Positions 1 through 11,446 of a stretch of DNA of 64,000 nt are shown piece after piece (positions within the stretch are counted from its first letter, which is position 1; each line of letters opens with the position of its first letter). Under the pieces are notes generated by a model. It was not told the origin of the DNA and did no database searches. It saw nothing but the letters and a program-made list of their open reading frames with translations. The position numbers and the translations under genes were made by a program. This DNA is from Eledone cirrhosa (Eukaryota), in the NCBI GenBank assembly GCA_964016885.1, contig OZ024743.1, forward strand, positions 347,014,001 to 347,078,000, given 5' to 3'.

Positions 1-439
1 CGCACGTGTGTGATAAAAACTCATTTACTATAGCCACAGATCATCCCAAATATTGTAGCTAAAAGTGAGTAGACGGAAATTTGCTGAAAGTTCATCGGAT
101 TGACTGCATATGTAATTCAAAGGACTACTCTTGACACAGACTGTGTCATGTTGGATCTCCTGAGAATTACGTTAACTCTTTGAGGGTCTCAAACTGTTTG
201 GTTACAACACACGTTGAACTAAAATTTGTCTGTAGAATAAGGTATCTGATTAGAAATACTAAGGACTTCGCAATGATAGATCGAGAGACTAGATCCTAAA
301 TTGATCACAATGTCTATCATGGAAAGAACAATGCTATGTAAATAAACATGTATATATGATGTTATTATGTTCATGACGTTACGTACTCCGCTGAAAGTGG
401 AAATAACGATGGATTCGATTTTCGTGGAATACTCTACCA

Positions 440-710
440 CGAGGTTAACTTTGCCTTTCATCCTTACGAGCTCGTTCAAATAAAGCACCAGTAATGCATT
501 GCGTAATTGCTGGCCTTGTGCCAAAAGTAGAAACAATTATTAGAGGGTCGGACGCCATGCTTTCCAGCATAGTTATGTCCCTTTCCGGTCTGAGTTCAAA
601 TACTACCGAGGTTAACTTTGCCTTTCAACTTTACGGGGTCGATAAAATAAAGTACCAGTAATGCACTGGGATAATTGCTGGCCTCGTTCCAATAGTAGAA
701 ACAATTATTA
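440..710 (+). mobile_element. Two tandem copies (partial + near-full) of an abundant tRNA-derived SINE
   Basis: B-box-like GAGTTCAAAT, conserved core CTTTGCCTTTCATCCTTACGGGGTCGATAAAATAAAGTACCAG and tail GGCCTTGTGCC..AGTAGAAACAATTAT. More than 15 copies in the window. Confidence 0.85.
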
Positions 711-1350
711 CTAGTTAGTATCGTTAATCAAACATCCGCAACACCCATCGATAAAAACGATGGTGGTCCATTTATTGTGTGTGTGAGTGTGTTTCCACCT
801 ATATGTGTGTGTATGTATGTGAAAGTTGTTACAAAAAGCCATTTAGTGCGTTACTTATCCAACAACAAGATTTATAACGCTCGTTAAGGAATTAGTATTA
901 ATCCTAGCTGGGAAATCGCAGCGAATCTTTTTGAATATACGACAACTGTGAGGAAGAGATGCTGGAAAAGCGAGCTAGAGAAAGATAGAATGAGAGGAAA
1001 AGAGAGAGTGTCAGCTAGAATGAGAGACACGTGATTTGTGCAATATCGACAGAAGCTGAAATACACTGAGACAGATGGAGGAGTGAGAGTGAAAGGAGAG
1101 AGAGAAGTAAAGAGAGAGATGTGATGAGTGTAATAATGCCAAAAACTTGAATTAAACAGAGTGAGAGTTGGAGGAGGGGGAGGGAGGACTGCGTGAAAAC
1201 AAAACAGTAACACTGAAAGGGTGAAACAAAGTGTAAGCGAGAAAGCATATGCATTTGATGGAAAGACTGGTAGATTAGCTAATAATGAACGTGAGGTTGT
1301 ATTTGTATCAGAGGAAGAAATGATTTCAAAATCAGCGCGCGCGTGCGTGT

Positions 1351-1381
<31 letters not shown>

Positions 1382-1398
1382 AGAGAGAGAGATAGAGA

Positions 1399-1447
<49 letters not shown>

Positions 1448-1668
1448 TGTATATGTGATTTTGAACAAAACTTGAGAATGACAGAGGGAAATGAAAAAAT
1501 GCATTTCGGGAGACATGATGAGAGAAAGAAGGGGAAATTGAAAAGAATAGAAAATAACATTTGAAAAATATTTAGAAATTTTAGCATGATCAAGAAGACA
1601 CAAGGAATATATAGGATAGTGATAGGGAATATGTATAATATGAATAAACATACATACATATACGCATG

Positions 1669-2020
1669 ATGGTGGCTGCCCCTCGTTATCGAGTATGGCC
1701 AGTGCACGATATAACATTATAAGTAATTATCAATTAATGCTATCGTGAAATGCTTGTGCGTGAAGATTTTTTTAAAAGTGAGGAAAGAATGTTCTCTAAG
1801 CCAAACCTACTCTCTGAGCGAAAGTATCTATAACCAGAAAAGAAGAAAAGATCAACATCATCGGTAACTAGTGAGCCGCAGGTTTTATGTCGGAGTTATC
1901 CCAGTTTCCTGAGTTGCCTTCTCATAGAAGAATGCCCTGTCAAAGGCTAGAGGTCCTTCTCTCTCAGTGATTTAACCGCGCGATCGGTTATCCAGCCTGA
2001 TTTTTTTCTATGTCCCCGTG
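1669..2020 (-). mobile_element. Diverged non-autonomous RTE-derived element (5'UTR piece + 3' hairpin)
   Basis: The 3' hairpin (GGTGGCTGCCCCTCGTTATCGAGTATGGCC on +) and the TTCTCATAG/AAGGCTAG motif resemble 2515-3124. Flanked by (CATA)-type repeats. Confidence 0.6.
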
Positions 2021-2514
2021 CATATACATAGATGTATACATGTATATATACATGTATACATGTATATATATACATATATACATATTTACACATTTTTGGA
2101 TGGTCGCATACATACATACATGAAGATTGCAGAGTCTTCACAGACGATTACCGTCTGTTTTGATTGACTCTTTGTTATCATCCCATCTGCGTCCATGACT
2201 TCGTAGATGACTTTGCAGGCCAGCATGGTTTACGACATGTGACAAAAGAGAGTTGTGCTTTGCACAGGACCAGGGGCGGTCACCCTGTGGGACATAATCT
2301 ATATGTATCACCATATGATTATTAGTCCGGAACTCGTTCTACACACTTTGCTGCATCTCACGCACGTTGTTTCGCCAGGTCATCGTTGAGTGTTGTTGCG
2401 GTTGGTTATCCTTTCATGTGACTTCAGGAGATTAACATAACCAACCTTTGAGAGGAGTACTCGCTGACAGAATAGGCATGTCCAACTACTGATGACTTCA
2501 TCATACATACATAC

Positions 2515-3124
2515 ATGGTGGCTGCCAACTCGTTTTCAAGTACGGCCACTACTTTATATCCATGTAGGAGGACCCCTACCGATGCGCTGAACGAGTGTGA
2601 CTTTTCAGTCCGGCCAGCGACTTGAAAACTTTGGTACAAACATTACACATGTGACAATTATTGACACATAGTGCTGGGCCCATGGTACCATGTGACGACA
2701 AGTGCAGAGAGATCTCCAGATATAAAGCAATGCCTGTGCCGTGAAGTTTTTATAGTGAGCAAAGGCACTGCACAAAGCCAGTCCCACTCTCTTAACCAAG
2801 ATGATATTTACCAAAAAGAAGAACAAGTCAACATCATTGGATATCATCAGGGTTGCAGGTGTGATATCAGAGTTTTCCTTCTCCTAGAATTCTGCCTTGA
2901 CAAAGGCTAAGGGGTCATCTCTCCCGGTGATTTTGGATGGCCATTGACTATTAAGAGCTCCTTTGCCCTTTGACAGGTTTTGTTTTTAGTCCTGCAGGAT
3001 GTCCAAAGTCACCCTCCTCACCAAGAAACCTTGGTGGGGTTGCCAGTTTAGTCGCCAACGACCCGACCATGGGACAGGTTGTACTGGGATACATGTTACC
3101 AGTAGCACCAACTGGTGACCTGAC
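2515..3124 (-). mobile_element. Bipartite non-autonomous RTE element (~610 bp)
   Basis: RTE 5'UTR motif CTAGGAGAAGGAAAACTCTGAT, then the ORF C-terminal C2H2 finger HMCNVCTKVFKSLAGLKSHTRSAHR*, the 3' hairpin CTTGAAAACGAG and a (TATG)n tail. Near-identical inverted copy at 6445-7053. Confidence 0.85.
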
Positions 3125-3233
3125 AAAACATAAAACATACATACATACATACATACATACATACATACATACATACATACATACATACATACATACATAC
3201 ATACATACATACATACATACAGAAGTATATATA

Positions 3234-3595
3234 TCAGGTCGCTCTTCAGCGTTACCAGTAACTTGTAACCCAGTACCACCTGTGGTTGGTCAGGTCGTCG
3301 ATGTCTAAAACGGCAACCCACCAAGCTTGCTTGGTGGGAAGGGTGGTTTTTGGACACCCTGTGGGCCGAAAAAACATAACCCCTTATGAGAGTTAACGGC
3401 CATCCAATAAAGTATTTTCTTGTGAAGCGAGATTCCTAGTCTTCATTAAGATATCTCTCTAGGAGAAAGTCACTCTGATATAAAACCTGCGACGTCGTTC
3501 GCATACACTAATGTAGACCAGTTCTTTTGGGGTAAATGCATTCGATGTTCAGATGGCATTACTCGAAATCGAGTTGCAGCCATCATCATCATCAT
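3234..3595 (+). mobile_element. Shorter bipartite RTE-derived element, different subfamily
   Basis: Same 5' start TCAGGTC, motif CTAGGAGAAAGTCACTCTGATATAAAACC, 3' hairpin CTCGAAATCGAG, and a (CAT)n then (TATG)n tail. Confidence 0.75.
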
Positions 3596-3652
3596 GTATG
3601 TATATATGTATATACATATGTATGTATGCATGTATGTATGTATGTATGTATG

Positions 3653-6352
3653 TTTTCTCTTTCTCTTAATTTCGAGTATATTTTTTTGACCGGCCACCTT
3701 CCTGGTGGCAAGGTTGTAAAAGAAAAGAAATTGTCATCCCTTGAATCGCAAGAATGTTTTGCATATTTTGAAGGTGCCAGCTATCGCAGCCATTTGTAGA
3801 CTATGAATTAGGGAGCTGCGCTTTTTGTCCGCAAATCCAAGTTCGGTCATACTTTGGTCCAAGCGGGTTGGTATATAACCCGTAGCACCAATAATGATGG
3901 GTATGAAGCTAAAGGTGTATCTTGGATACTGGATTTGTAAGCTCCTCATCAATGGTCCGTAGATGTCCTCCTTCTCCTGTATTTTTCTGACAACGTTTAC
4001 ATCAAGTGGGCAGCTGATCTCCACAACAGAACACGTTTTCAATGTGTGGTCCCAAACTACAATATCAGGCCGGTTGTGCTTTAATTTGGTGGCAGTTTTT
4101 ATTTTCAGGTTCCACCAGTATTCCTTAGTGCCATCTGTCTCAATATATTCTTCCTCGTTTGTTGTTAATTTTGTTTTCCGAAGTGCGTTCCAGATAGTTC
4201 TAGCTATCCCATCGTGTCTCATGGGGAGGTAGTAGCGAGATGACATTCTTTCGCAGCTGGCAACAATGTGGCTTACATCCTCGATCTTTGTTTTACATAG
4301 CCTACATTTATTGTCAGCTGCTGGCCCTCCTCTTTTGTGCAGCAGATATTTGGTAGGGAGTTCTTGTTCCTGTATTGCATAGAGATATCCCTCAAGGTGT
4401 GATGTCATAAACTTGTCGGAACTCCATGCCAGGCTTTTTGAGTGGTTTATCCCCTCTATGGTCTGTGTTTTACGCCTCAAGTATCCATGCACAACTTTCT
4501 CTGTAAATTGGTCAATTTTTTTTTCTTGTTTGAACATTGAATAGGATCTTCCGATTTCTCTGGGTGAGAGATTTATATCAGGCTTTATTCCATATCTCTC
4601 CTCCAGATCAGTCGCTATTCTAATGATATTTCTTTTTTCATGCTCATAAACCTGAGCAAGATGGTCGCCAACCTTTTTCCTCTGTTGAAGGTGTTGCTTC
4701 AGTGTTACTATCCGGGTCTCATATGTTGTTAATATTGATTTTAGACCCCGGCCACCTTCCTTGCGTGAGAAGTATAGCCTATCCACATCACCATTGATGT
4801 TAAAGTTCCCAGTAACACTGAGAAGTTTACGAGTTCTAACATCCATCTCACTTAGTTCTTGCAATGACCAGTTCAGTAGGCCAAATGTTGGCGTTAGAAT
4901 TGGCACAGCATAGGTATTGTGGGCAATGTATTTGTTGTATGCTGACAGTTCTGATGACCATATTTTTTTTACTCTTCTGAGGTATTCAGTTCTGATTCTC
5001 TCCTTATTTATGGGTCCATCATATCTGACATTCTCATCCTGTCCAAGATATCTGTAGTTGTCACCTGACTGCAGAGGTTGTATTGTCAGGCCGTTCATAT
5101 CTAGATTTCTAGAGGAGGGCACAGCTCTTCCACGTTTTACTGCCAAATATGCACACTTGGACTCACCAAATTTCATTTTGATGTCGGTTGAAAATTGTGT
5201 AATGAGGTCCAATTGTTTCTTGATGTCATTGATATTTGGCCCATACAACTTCAGGTCATCAACAAAGAAAAGATGGGAGATACTTCTGGGCCCACTTCTT
5301 TGTCCACCTTGTTTCCTGAGTAGGTAAGATAGTGGATTCAGTGAGAGAACGAAGAGTAGTACTGACAAGCTATCACCCTGAAAGATGCCCTTCTGGCAAT
5401 GTATCCTATCAGTCTTAACCTGCTCCTTCTCACCTCTAAGGATCAAATTGGTGTACCAGTTCTTGGTCAGGCGTTCAACAGCAGCTACTAATGGTTGTGG
5501 GACTTTAGCTAACTGTAAGGCCTTAATAATCCACCCATGAGGTACACTATCAAATGCTTTTTGATAGTCCAGCCACACGACAGTCATGTTTCTGCGATTC
5601 TTTGTTGTTTTTTCCTGAATCATTTTGTTAGTTAGTAGGTGATCTATGCAACCCCACACCTCCCTCTTTCCACCAGCTTGCTCAGGTGTTATGATGTTGT
5701 TGGTAGCACAGTGATCCTGTAAGAACAGGTTAAGGCACCCAGTATATAATTTATACATGATGTTTTGGCAGGCAATTGGGCGGTAATTTTTAGCAAGGGT
5801 GGTTTGGCTATTTTTGGGAATGAGGAGAGTAGTTGCAGTTGATAACCATCTGGGCAGTTCTTGTGTGCCCTTAATGGTTTCTGTAAACAGCCGTATGAGA
5901 TCTTGCCGATAGAAAGTGAAATTCTTCAACCAGTATCCTGTAATGAGGTCTGGGCCTGGCGATTTCCTATTCGACATTTTCTGTAGAGCTGTTTCCAGTA
6001 TTGACCCATCTATGTCATATTGTTTTGTCTGGACATGTTGGCAGTAGTCCTGTTCCAGTTGTTTTAGCCAATTAGCTTGTCTGTTGAATCCGTCATCCGT
6101 TTCCCATACAGATCTCCAGTAGTTCTCAACCTGTTCTTTTGAAGGGGTGTCATTTACAGGGATTGAGCTTTTGCCACCGAAGCTGCGATAAACTGATTTA
6201 GGATCTCTGGCAAACAATCTATTTAGCACTTGTCGTTTATGGGCTGTTGACTTATATTTTAGTCTTTCTGTTGTAGCTGTGAGTTGTTGTTTCAACTGGT
6301 GTAATTTGGAGTTCAAAGTTTTAAATTTGGTATCTCCAAATCGTCTCTCTAC
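3653..6352 (-). mobile_element. 5'-truncated R4/Dong-clade non-LTR retrotransposon (family A) embedded in (CATA)n
   Basis: Uninterrupted ORF and an ~80-nt 3'UTR. (CATA)n lies directly on both sides in the same orientation. The reading frame runs up to the repeat at 6352. Confidence 0.92.
3734..6316 (-). CDS. Reverse transcriptase + CCHC knuckle + restriction-like (PD..D/ExK) endonuclease, R4/Dong type; N-terminus truncated
   Basis: Motifs KSPGPD, NYRPI, WLDYQKAFDSVPH, GIFQGDSLS, FVDDLKLY, CRLC..EDVSHIVASC, RHD, NRPDIVVWD, VEISCP, KEDIY. Confidence 0.95.
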   Translation of the reverse strand: MNSKLHQLKQQLTATTERLKYKSTAHKRQVLNRLFARDPKSVYRSFGGKSSIPVNDTPSKEQVENYWRSVWETDDGFNRQANWLKQLEQDYCQHVQTKQYDIDGSILETALQKMSNRKSPGPDLITGYWLKNFTFYRQDLIRLFTETIKGTQELPRWLSTATTLLIPKNSQTTLAKNYRPIACQNIMYKLYTGCLNLFLQDHCATNNIITPEQAGGKREVWGCIDHLLTNKMIQEKTTKNRRNMTVVWLDYQKAFDSVPHGWIIKALQLAKVPQPLVAAVERLTKNWYTNLILRGEKEQVKTDRIHCQKGIFQGDSLSVLLFVLSLNPLSYLLRKQGGQRSGPRSISHLFFVDDLKLYGPNINDIKKQLDLITQFSTDIKMKFGESKCAYLAVKRGRAVPSSRNLDMNGLTIQPLQSGDNYRYLGQDENVRYDGPINKERIRTEYLRRVKKIWSSELSAYNKYIAHNTYAVPILTPTFGLLNWSLQELSEMDVRTRKLLSVTGNFNINGDVDRLYFSRKEGGRGLKSILTTYETRIVTLKQHLQQRKKVGDHLAQVYEHEKRNIIRIATDLEERYGIKPDINLSPREIGRSYSMFKQEKKIDQFTEKVVHGYLRRKTQTIEGINHSKSLAWSSDKFMTSHLEGYLYAIQEQELPTKYLLHKRGGPAADNKCRLCKTKIEDVSHIVASCERMSSRYYLPMRHDGIARTIWNALRKTKLTTNEEEYIETDGTKEYWWNLKIKTATKLKHNRPDIVVWDHTLKTCSVVEISCPLDVNVVRKIQEKEDIYGPLMRSLQIQYPRYTFSFIPIIIGATGYIPTRLDQSMTELGFADKKRSSLIHSLQMAAIAGTFKICKTFLRFKG

Positions 6353-6383
<31 letters not shown>

Positions 6384-6444
6384 TGTATGTATGTATGTAT
6401 GTATGTATGTATGTATGTATGTATGCATGTATGTATGTATGTAT

Positions 6445-7051
6445 GTCAAGTCACCACTTGGTGCTACTGGTAACATGTATTCCAGTACAACCTGTCCCAT
6501 GGTCGGGTCGTTGGCGACTAAACTGGTACCCCCACCAAGGTTTCTTGGTGAGGAGGGTGACTTTGGACATCCTGCAGGACTAAAAACAAAATCTTTCAAA
6601 GGGAAAAGGAGCTCTTAATAATCAATGGCCATCCAAAATCACCGGGAGAGATGACCCCTTAGCCTTTGTCAAGGCAGAATTCTAGGAGAAGGAAACCTCT
6701 GATATAACACCTGCAACCCTGATGGTATCCAATGATGTTGACTTGTTCTTCTTTTTGGTAAATATCATCTTGGTTAAGAGAGTGGGACTGGCTTTGTGCA
6801 GTGCCTTTGCTCACTATAAAAGCTTCACGGCACAGGCATTGCTTTATATCTGGAGATCTCTCTGCACTTGTCGTCACATGGTACCATGGGCCCAGCACTA
6901 TGTATCAATAATTGTCACAAGTGTAGTGTTTGTACCAGAGTTTTCAAGTCGCTGGCTGGACTAAAAAGTCACACTCGTCAGCGCATCGGTAAGGGTTCTC
7001 CTACATGGATATAAAGTGGTGGCCGTACTCGAAAACGAGTTGGCAGCCACC

Positions 7052-7053
<2 letters not shown>
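6445..7053 (+). mobile_element. Bipartite non-autonomous RTE element, second copy
   Basis: Reverse complement of 2515-3124 with scattered substitutions. Zn-finger remnant HKCSVCTRVFKSLAGLKSH near 6916-6972. (TATG)n on both sides. Confidence 0.85.
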
Positions 7054-7082
<29 letters not shown>

Positions 7083-7205
7083 TGTATGTATGTATGTATG
7101 TATGTATGTATGCATGTATGCATGTATGTATGTATTGTTTCTCTGTTTCTTGAACACGTACGCGTATAAATATATACACATATACGTCACTACTATCAGT
7201 TAAAT

Positions 7206-8459
7206 CAGGCATTTCAAACGTGCGGCCTTTTACAAGAACACCTGCGGCCCGCACAAATGTTTTTAAAAGCGCAACCTGTTTTTTCTTCGCATTATAAAAT
7301 AAAAAAAAATTAGTTGTCATGTGTGCCCTTAGTTGTCGTGTGTGGCCCTCTGACAACACATATGTGACCCACCTGGCCCTCAACGAATCTTCAGTTTTAC
7401 ATGCCTAAACTAAACTTTATTTTAATCTGTAATCCATGTTTCATTTGTGTCGCACCTCATTTCTCTCTCTCTCTATATATATATTTATATATATAATTTG
7501 TTAGTTGAAATAATTAAATTAAATTAATTCAACAGTTAAACACACATAGGAATAATAAGCTTGTTACCAAAGAGCCTGAGGATTGACAAGGAAAGCGATG
7601 AACGACACATCTTTTTAACTATGGTTTTGAAAGTAGATTTATAATTATTAGTTTTCATTATACTGTTGTAGATGTCTCGGTAGATAATTTTGAGGAATCA
7701 CAGATGGTGGTGATCCTGGTCTGAAGTTCGATCATAGTCGGGTGTAGGGTTCCGGGTAAAACTTTTCAGTTTTTTTCTATGGGATATAAAATAAAAATTG
7801 CAAAGGATTACATGTACCTTTTGACCAGGATTGAACCCAAGACCAAGATCTCCACCGTCTCTAGTACCTACCGCTAGACCGCTGAGACATCTACGAAAGT
7901 CAATTGAAAATTCATACTTAAAAACCTACTTTCGAAATGTTCAATACAAAATAATGTGGTGTCGTTCATGTCTTTCTTAATGTTATTGCTCCTACTAGAG
8001 ATCAACTTCAAAATCAATTGGGTGTACCATAAACTACATCCTCGTTTTGTTTCTCATCTATCTAGATAAGGCAAGCACACCTGCGGCCCGCTCAAAGTTT
8101 TTACTGCGCGAGCATGTTTTATCTTTGTAATAATATGTTTTATCTTTGTAATTTTTCGATACAATTTTTTTTTTAGGCAATTTTCTGTCAACTACTTTTA
8201 ACTTCCGACGAATCACGCGCAGCTCATTAACAGTTGTAAACAAAAAACTTTCTTTCAAAATTTCAAAACTTTTCTTTTAGAATGGCTACTGCTTCTCCAG
8301 CCTTTAAGTAACAATTTAAGTAACACATTTTTCTGCAATACATTTTATTAAATGAATTTAATTAGTTGTAATGTGCACAATTAGTTGTCGTGTGCGGCCC
8401 TCAGACAACACATATGTGACCCATGCGGCGCTTGGAGGACCCTCTGTTTGACATGCCTG
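7206..8459. mobile_element. hAT (Charlie-like) MITE sequences, possibly one composite unit
   Basis: TIR CAGGCATTTCAAAC / GTTTGACATGCCTG. Flanks AGTTAAAT / GGTTAAAT match at 7 of 8 positions with a central TA. Two copies of the TGCGGCCC-containing body (7206-7405, 8077-8459). Confidence 0.6.
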
Positions 8460-8808
8460 GGTTAAATCATATCTATTAATATATTACCACGCTAAACTTG
8501 AATTTCTTAGTTTATATTATACTCTTGCTAAAGATTTAAATGAAAAATATATATGCTAAGTAGCGACTTTTAAATTGCTATGAAAGATGTTTACATCTGG
8601 CAAGCTCATATTGGATGGAATCCGCAATTATTTAGTGGTTACTGATATAATCTGTTTCTTGCTCTTTACGTATAATGTTTTAAATAAATAAATTTATTTT
8701 TCTGGACAATTTACTATCCGCTGATGCAGGTCCCGAGCCGATGTATATTCCTATATGTGTATATGTTCACAAAACATAATTTATGTGCGGAAAATATACA
8801 TAATGTTA

Positions 8809-9153
8809 TATTTGGGGAGGTTTATGTTGTTATAATATTGCCAGAAAAATATAGTAAAACACATTCACTATTTGGTTTGGGTTGGTTTTAGCTTCAGTAT
8901 GTGTTTTATACTTTCAGCTAGCAATCAATGCTTATCTTTGATTGACCAACCGTTAAAAATATAGATATAAATATAGTTAGTCAGAGATCTTTCGTCACTT
9001 AGCTGTGACATCTTCAGTTATGTTTTCATGTTCCTCCCGTTGTATTCCTGTAATAAAATATACTGAAGCGAAAACCAACCCAAACCAAACAGTGAGAGTG
9101 TTTTACTATATTTTTCTGTCAATATTATAACAACATGTCCCTCCCCAAACATA
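8809..9153 (-). mobile_element. Penelope-type pLTR fragment with inverted duplication and decayed hammerhead (8980-9021)
   Basis: 8809-8897 is inverted at 9062-9153. Minus strand reads CTGAAGA-TGTCAC..GTGAC-GAAA-GATC-TC. Homologous to 20720-21005 and 58625-58885. Confidence 0.65.
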
Positions 9154-9744
9154 AAAATATCTGTTTGAACGTACCATTTAATATCAAAACCTACCAAAAC
9201 AAATCCATCGCCGTCGCAATTTACAGAATATATATATATAATTCAAAATGTTTACCATGTTTATTTTCAAGAGTCATTTAAAGACATATATATATAAAGC
9301 AACGAAACAACGTTTTTCAATCGACTGTTGAGGTGTGTGTGTGTGTGTGTGGTATTTAAACATTTTGTTAGACTTGTGAACTCTAAAGTACAAGCCGCAC
9401 TGTCGGCTACGATTCGAAACCGTTTAAATCCATTACCGACAACTGATAAGCACGGAAGACATTTGTCCTTTTCTGTTACCATCTTCGTCTCATCTAAATA
9501 TATAACTTTGATCAACTAAACATCTCCATTCTTTTATATGTTTCTGTTGTTTGTTTTTTTTCTTTTCGTTTTTTACAGTATATAATTTTAGTTACTTTTG
9601 GTATTAGTTATGAAACTACGCACATTTATTATTATTACTATATATATATATACAGAGTCGATAAAATAAAGTACCAGTAATGTACTAGGTAATTGCTGCC
9701 CTTGTACCTAAAATAGAAACAATTACTATATATATATATATATA

Positions 9745-9935
9745 TAACGAAGGAAATGTAGTAAGGAACCCGATGGACCATGACGCACCAAAGTAGCCAA
9801 TACTTAGGGTAGTAGAGTGGGTAATAGGAACAAGTATAACCCCGACGGCAGAGCTCAAGCCGTTTCGACGGCTGATTCTGGCATCCAGAATTAGCCGTCG
9901 AAACGGCTTGAGCTCTGACGTCGGGGTCATACGTG
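9745..9935 (-). mobile_element. HHR-bearing repeat whose 5' end is an 89-bp palindrome (9839-9927)
   Basis: HHR 3' half GAAA-CGGC..GCCG-TC-GGGGT is present on both arms. The body is homologous to 19790-19905 and 28420-28600. Confidence 0.65.
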
Positions 9936-9937
9936 TT

Positions 9938-9939
<2 letters not shown>

Positions 9940-9987
<48 letters not shown>

Positions 9988-9999
9988 TATATGTATACG

Positions 10000-10071
<72 letters not shown>

Positions 10072-10085
10072 TATATGTATACATA

Positions 10086-10145
<60 letters not shown>

Positions 10146-10180
10146 TGTATATATATATATATATATATTTATATATGTAT
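9940..10180. repeat. (TA)n microsatellite (one of many long TA tracts)
   Basis: Direct inspection. Confidence 0.95.
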
Positions 10181-10433
10181 AAATGAAATGTATAGAAATT
10201 GTTGTAGCGAGAAGCTAACAGTATTCCATAACATATATGTGACTATAGCGTGAAAATGGGAAAATAGTTAACATAAGATATGGGAAAAATAATTCAGACT
10301 CAATTCAAAAGGAATCAGGATATAGATTTATCCAACAGCATTTAGAGAAATCCAGAGAAAAATCAATAGAGCCTTAACTCATGATAAAACAAAGTCTAAA
10401 GTACTCAACCTTCAATTTGGGACAACTTCAAAC

Positions 10434-10515
10434 GCTCTGTATAGTCTTGAAAAGACTATTTCACGAAAACTTTCAGTGGGGATGGTCACGGTTGGATTTC
10501 GTTCATCAGCAGAGC
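10434..10515 (-). ncRNA. Type I hammerhead ribozyme, canonical core, stable stems
   Basis: GCTCTG-CTGATGA-ACGAAA..TTTCGT-GAAA-TAGTCTT(TTC)AAGACTA-TA-CAGAGC. All three stems pair; cleavage triplet AUA. Confidence 0.85.
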
Positions 10516-11446
10516 TCAACATGGTAACCAAGGGAATTTAAAAGCAGGCTAGTTTAACATCATGCGTGGTTATTAAAATAAACGCACATGTGGAAAAACA
10601 GGGCTGGTGACGTCAGAATGAGACAAATGTTTGTTTACATGAAACAACAGTCAAAAACATTCCGAAAGAAAACTCTACAGAAGGAGTTCAGCAAAAAGAA
10701 ATATCATCGCGGTATATATATATATATATATATATAAATATATACACATATATACACACACACACAGATATATATATATACACACAATGTCACAATGACA
10801 CGTACTAAATCATTATATTTAACCACTGACATAGTTCTACTATCAGCAATGACCTGTTATCGATCTATGATAAACAGGTCATCTCTCAATAGCTCTCTCC
10901 CTCCTTCCCTACCATCGCTCTCTTTCTCTTTTTCTGTCTCTCATCCTCTTTATCTGATCGTCTGTGCGTCTGTCAGTTTATGAGTTGTCTAACTGTTTAT
11001 TTGACTGTCTGTCTGTCAGTCGATTATCATACCCTCTCTAACCTCATTATAATATTTCCCCACTTAATGTAGTCTTTCTTTTTTTTATTATATTTTTAAT
11101 TATTTAATTATTCATTTATTTCTTGTTTTTAAATCGATTACGTAAGTAGGTTAATTCTACTAAGCAGGTTAATACTGGCATTGATAGTGACTACTAATAG
11201 CAATAATATTAACACCATCAAAAATATCAACATCACCACCACCACCGCCGCCGCCAACACAACCACAGGCGCCGTCAACACAACCACTATCATCACAATC
11301 TTCCAACCAGCACCAGCACCCACCACCAACAACTTCACCTCTATCACGATCATCAGCATCATCATCACAGCCGCCGCCCCCACACCACTACCACCACCAT
11401 CACTATCACCGACGCCGACGCCGACACCGCCGCCGCCACCACTATC

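Noticed and set aside
2515-7053. RT gene flanked by 610-bp inverted repeats, resembling a novel TIR or inverted-LTR retroelement
   Set aside because: Each arm is a complete RTE derivative with its own tail, a third related element lies between them, and the R4 element has its own ends in (CATA)n. These are independent insertions.
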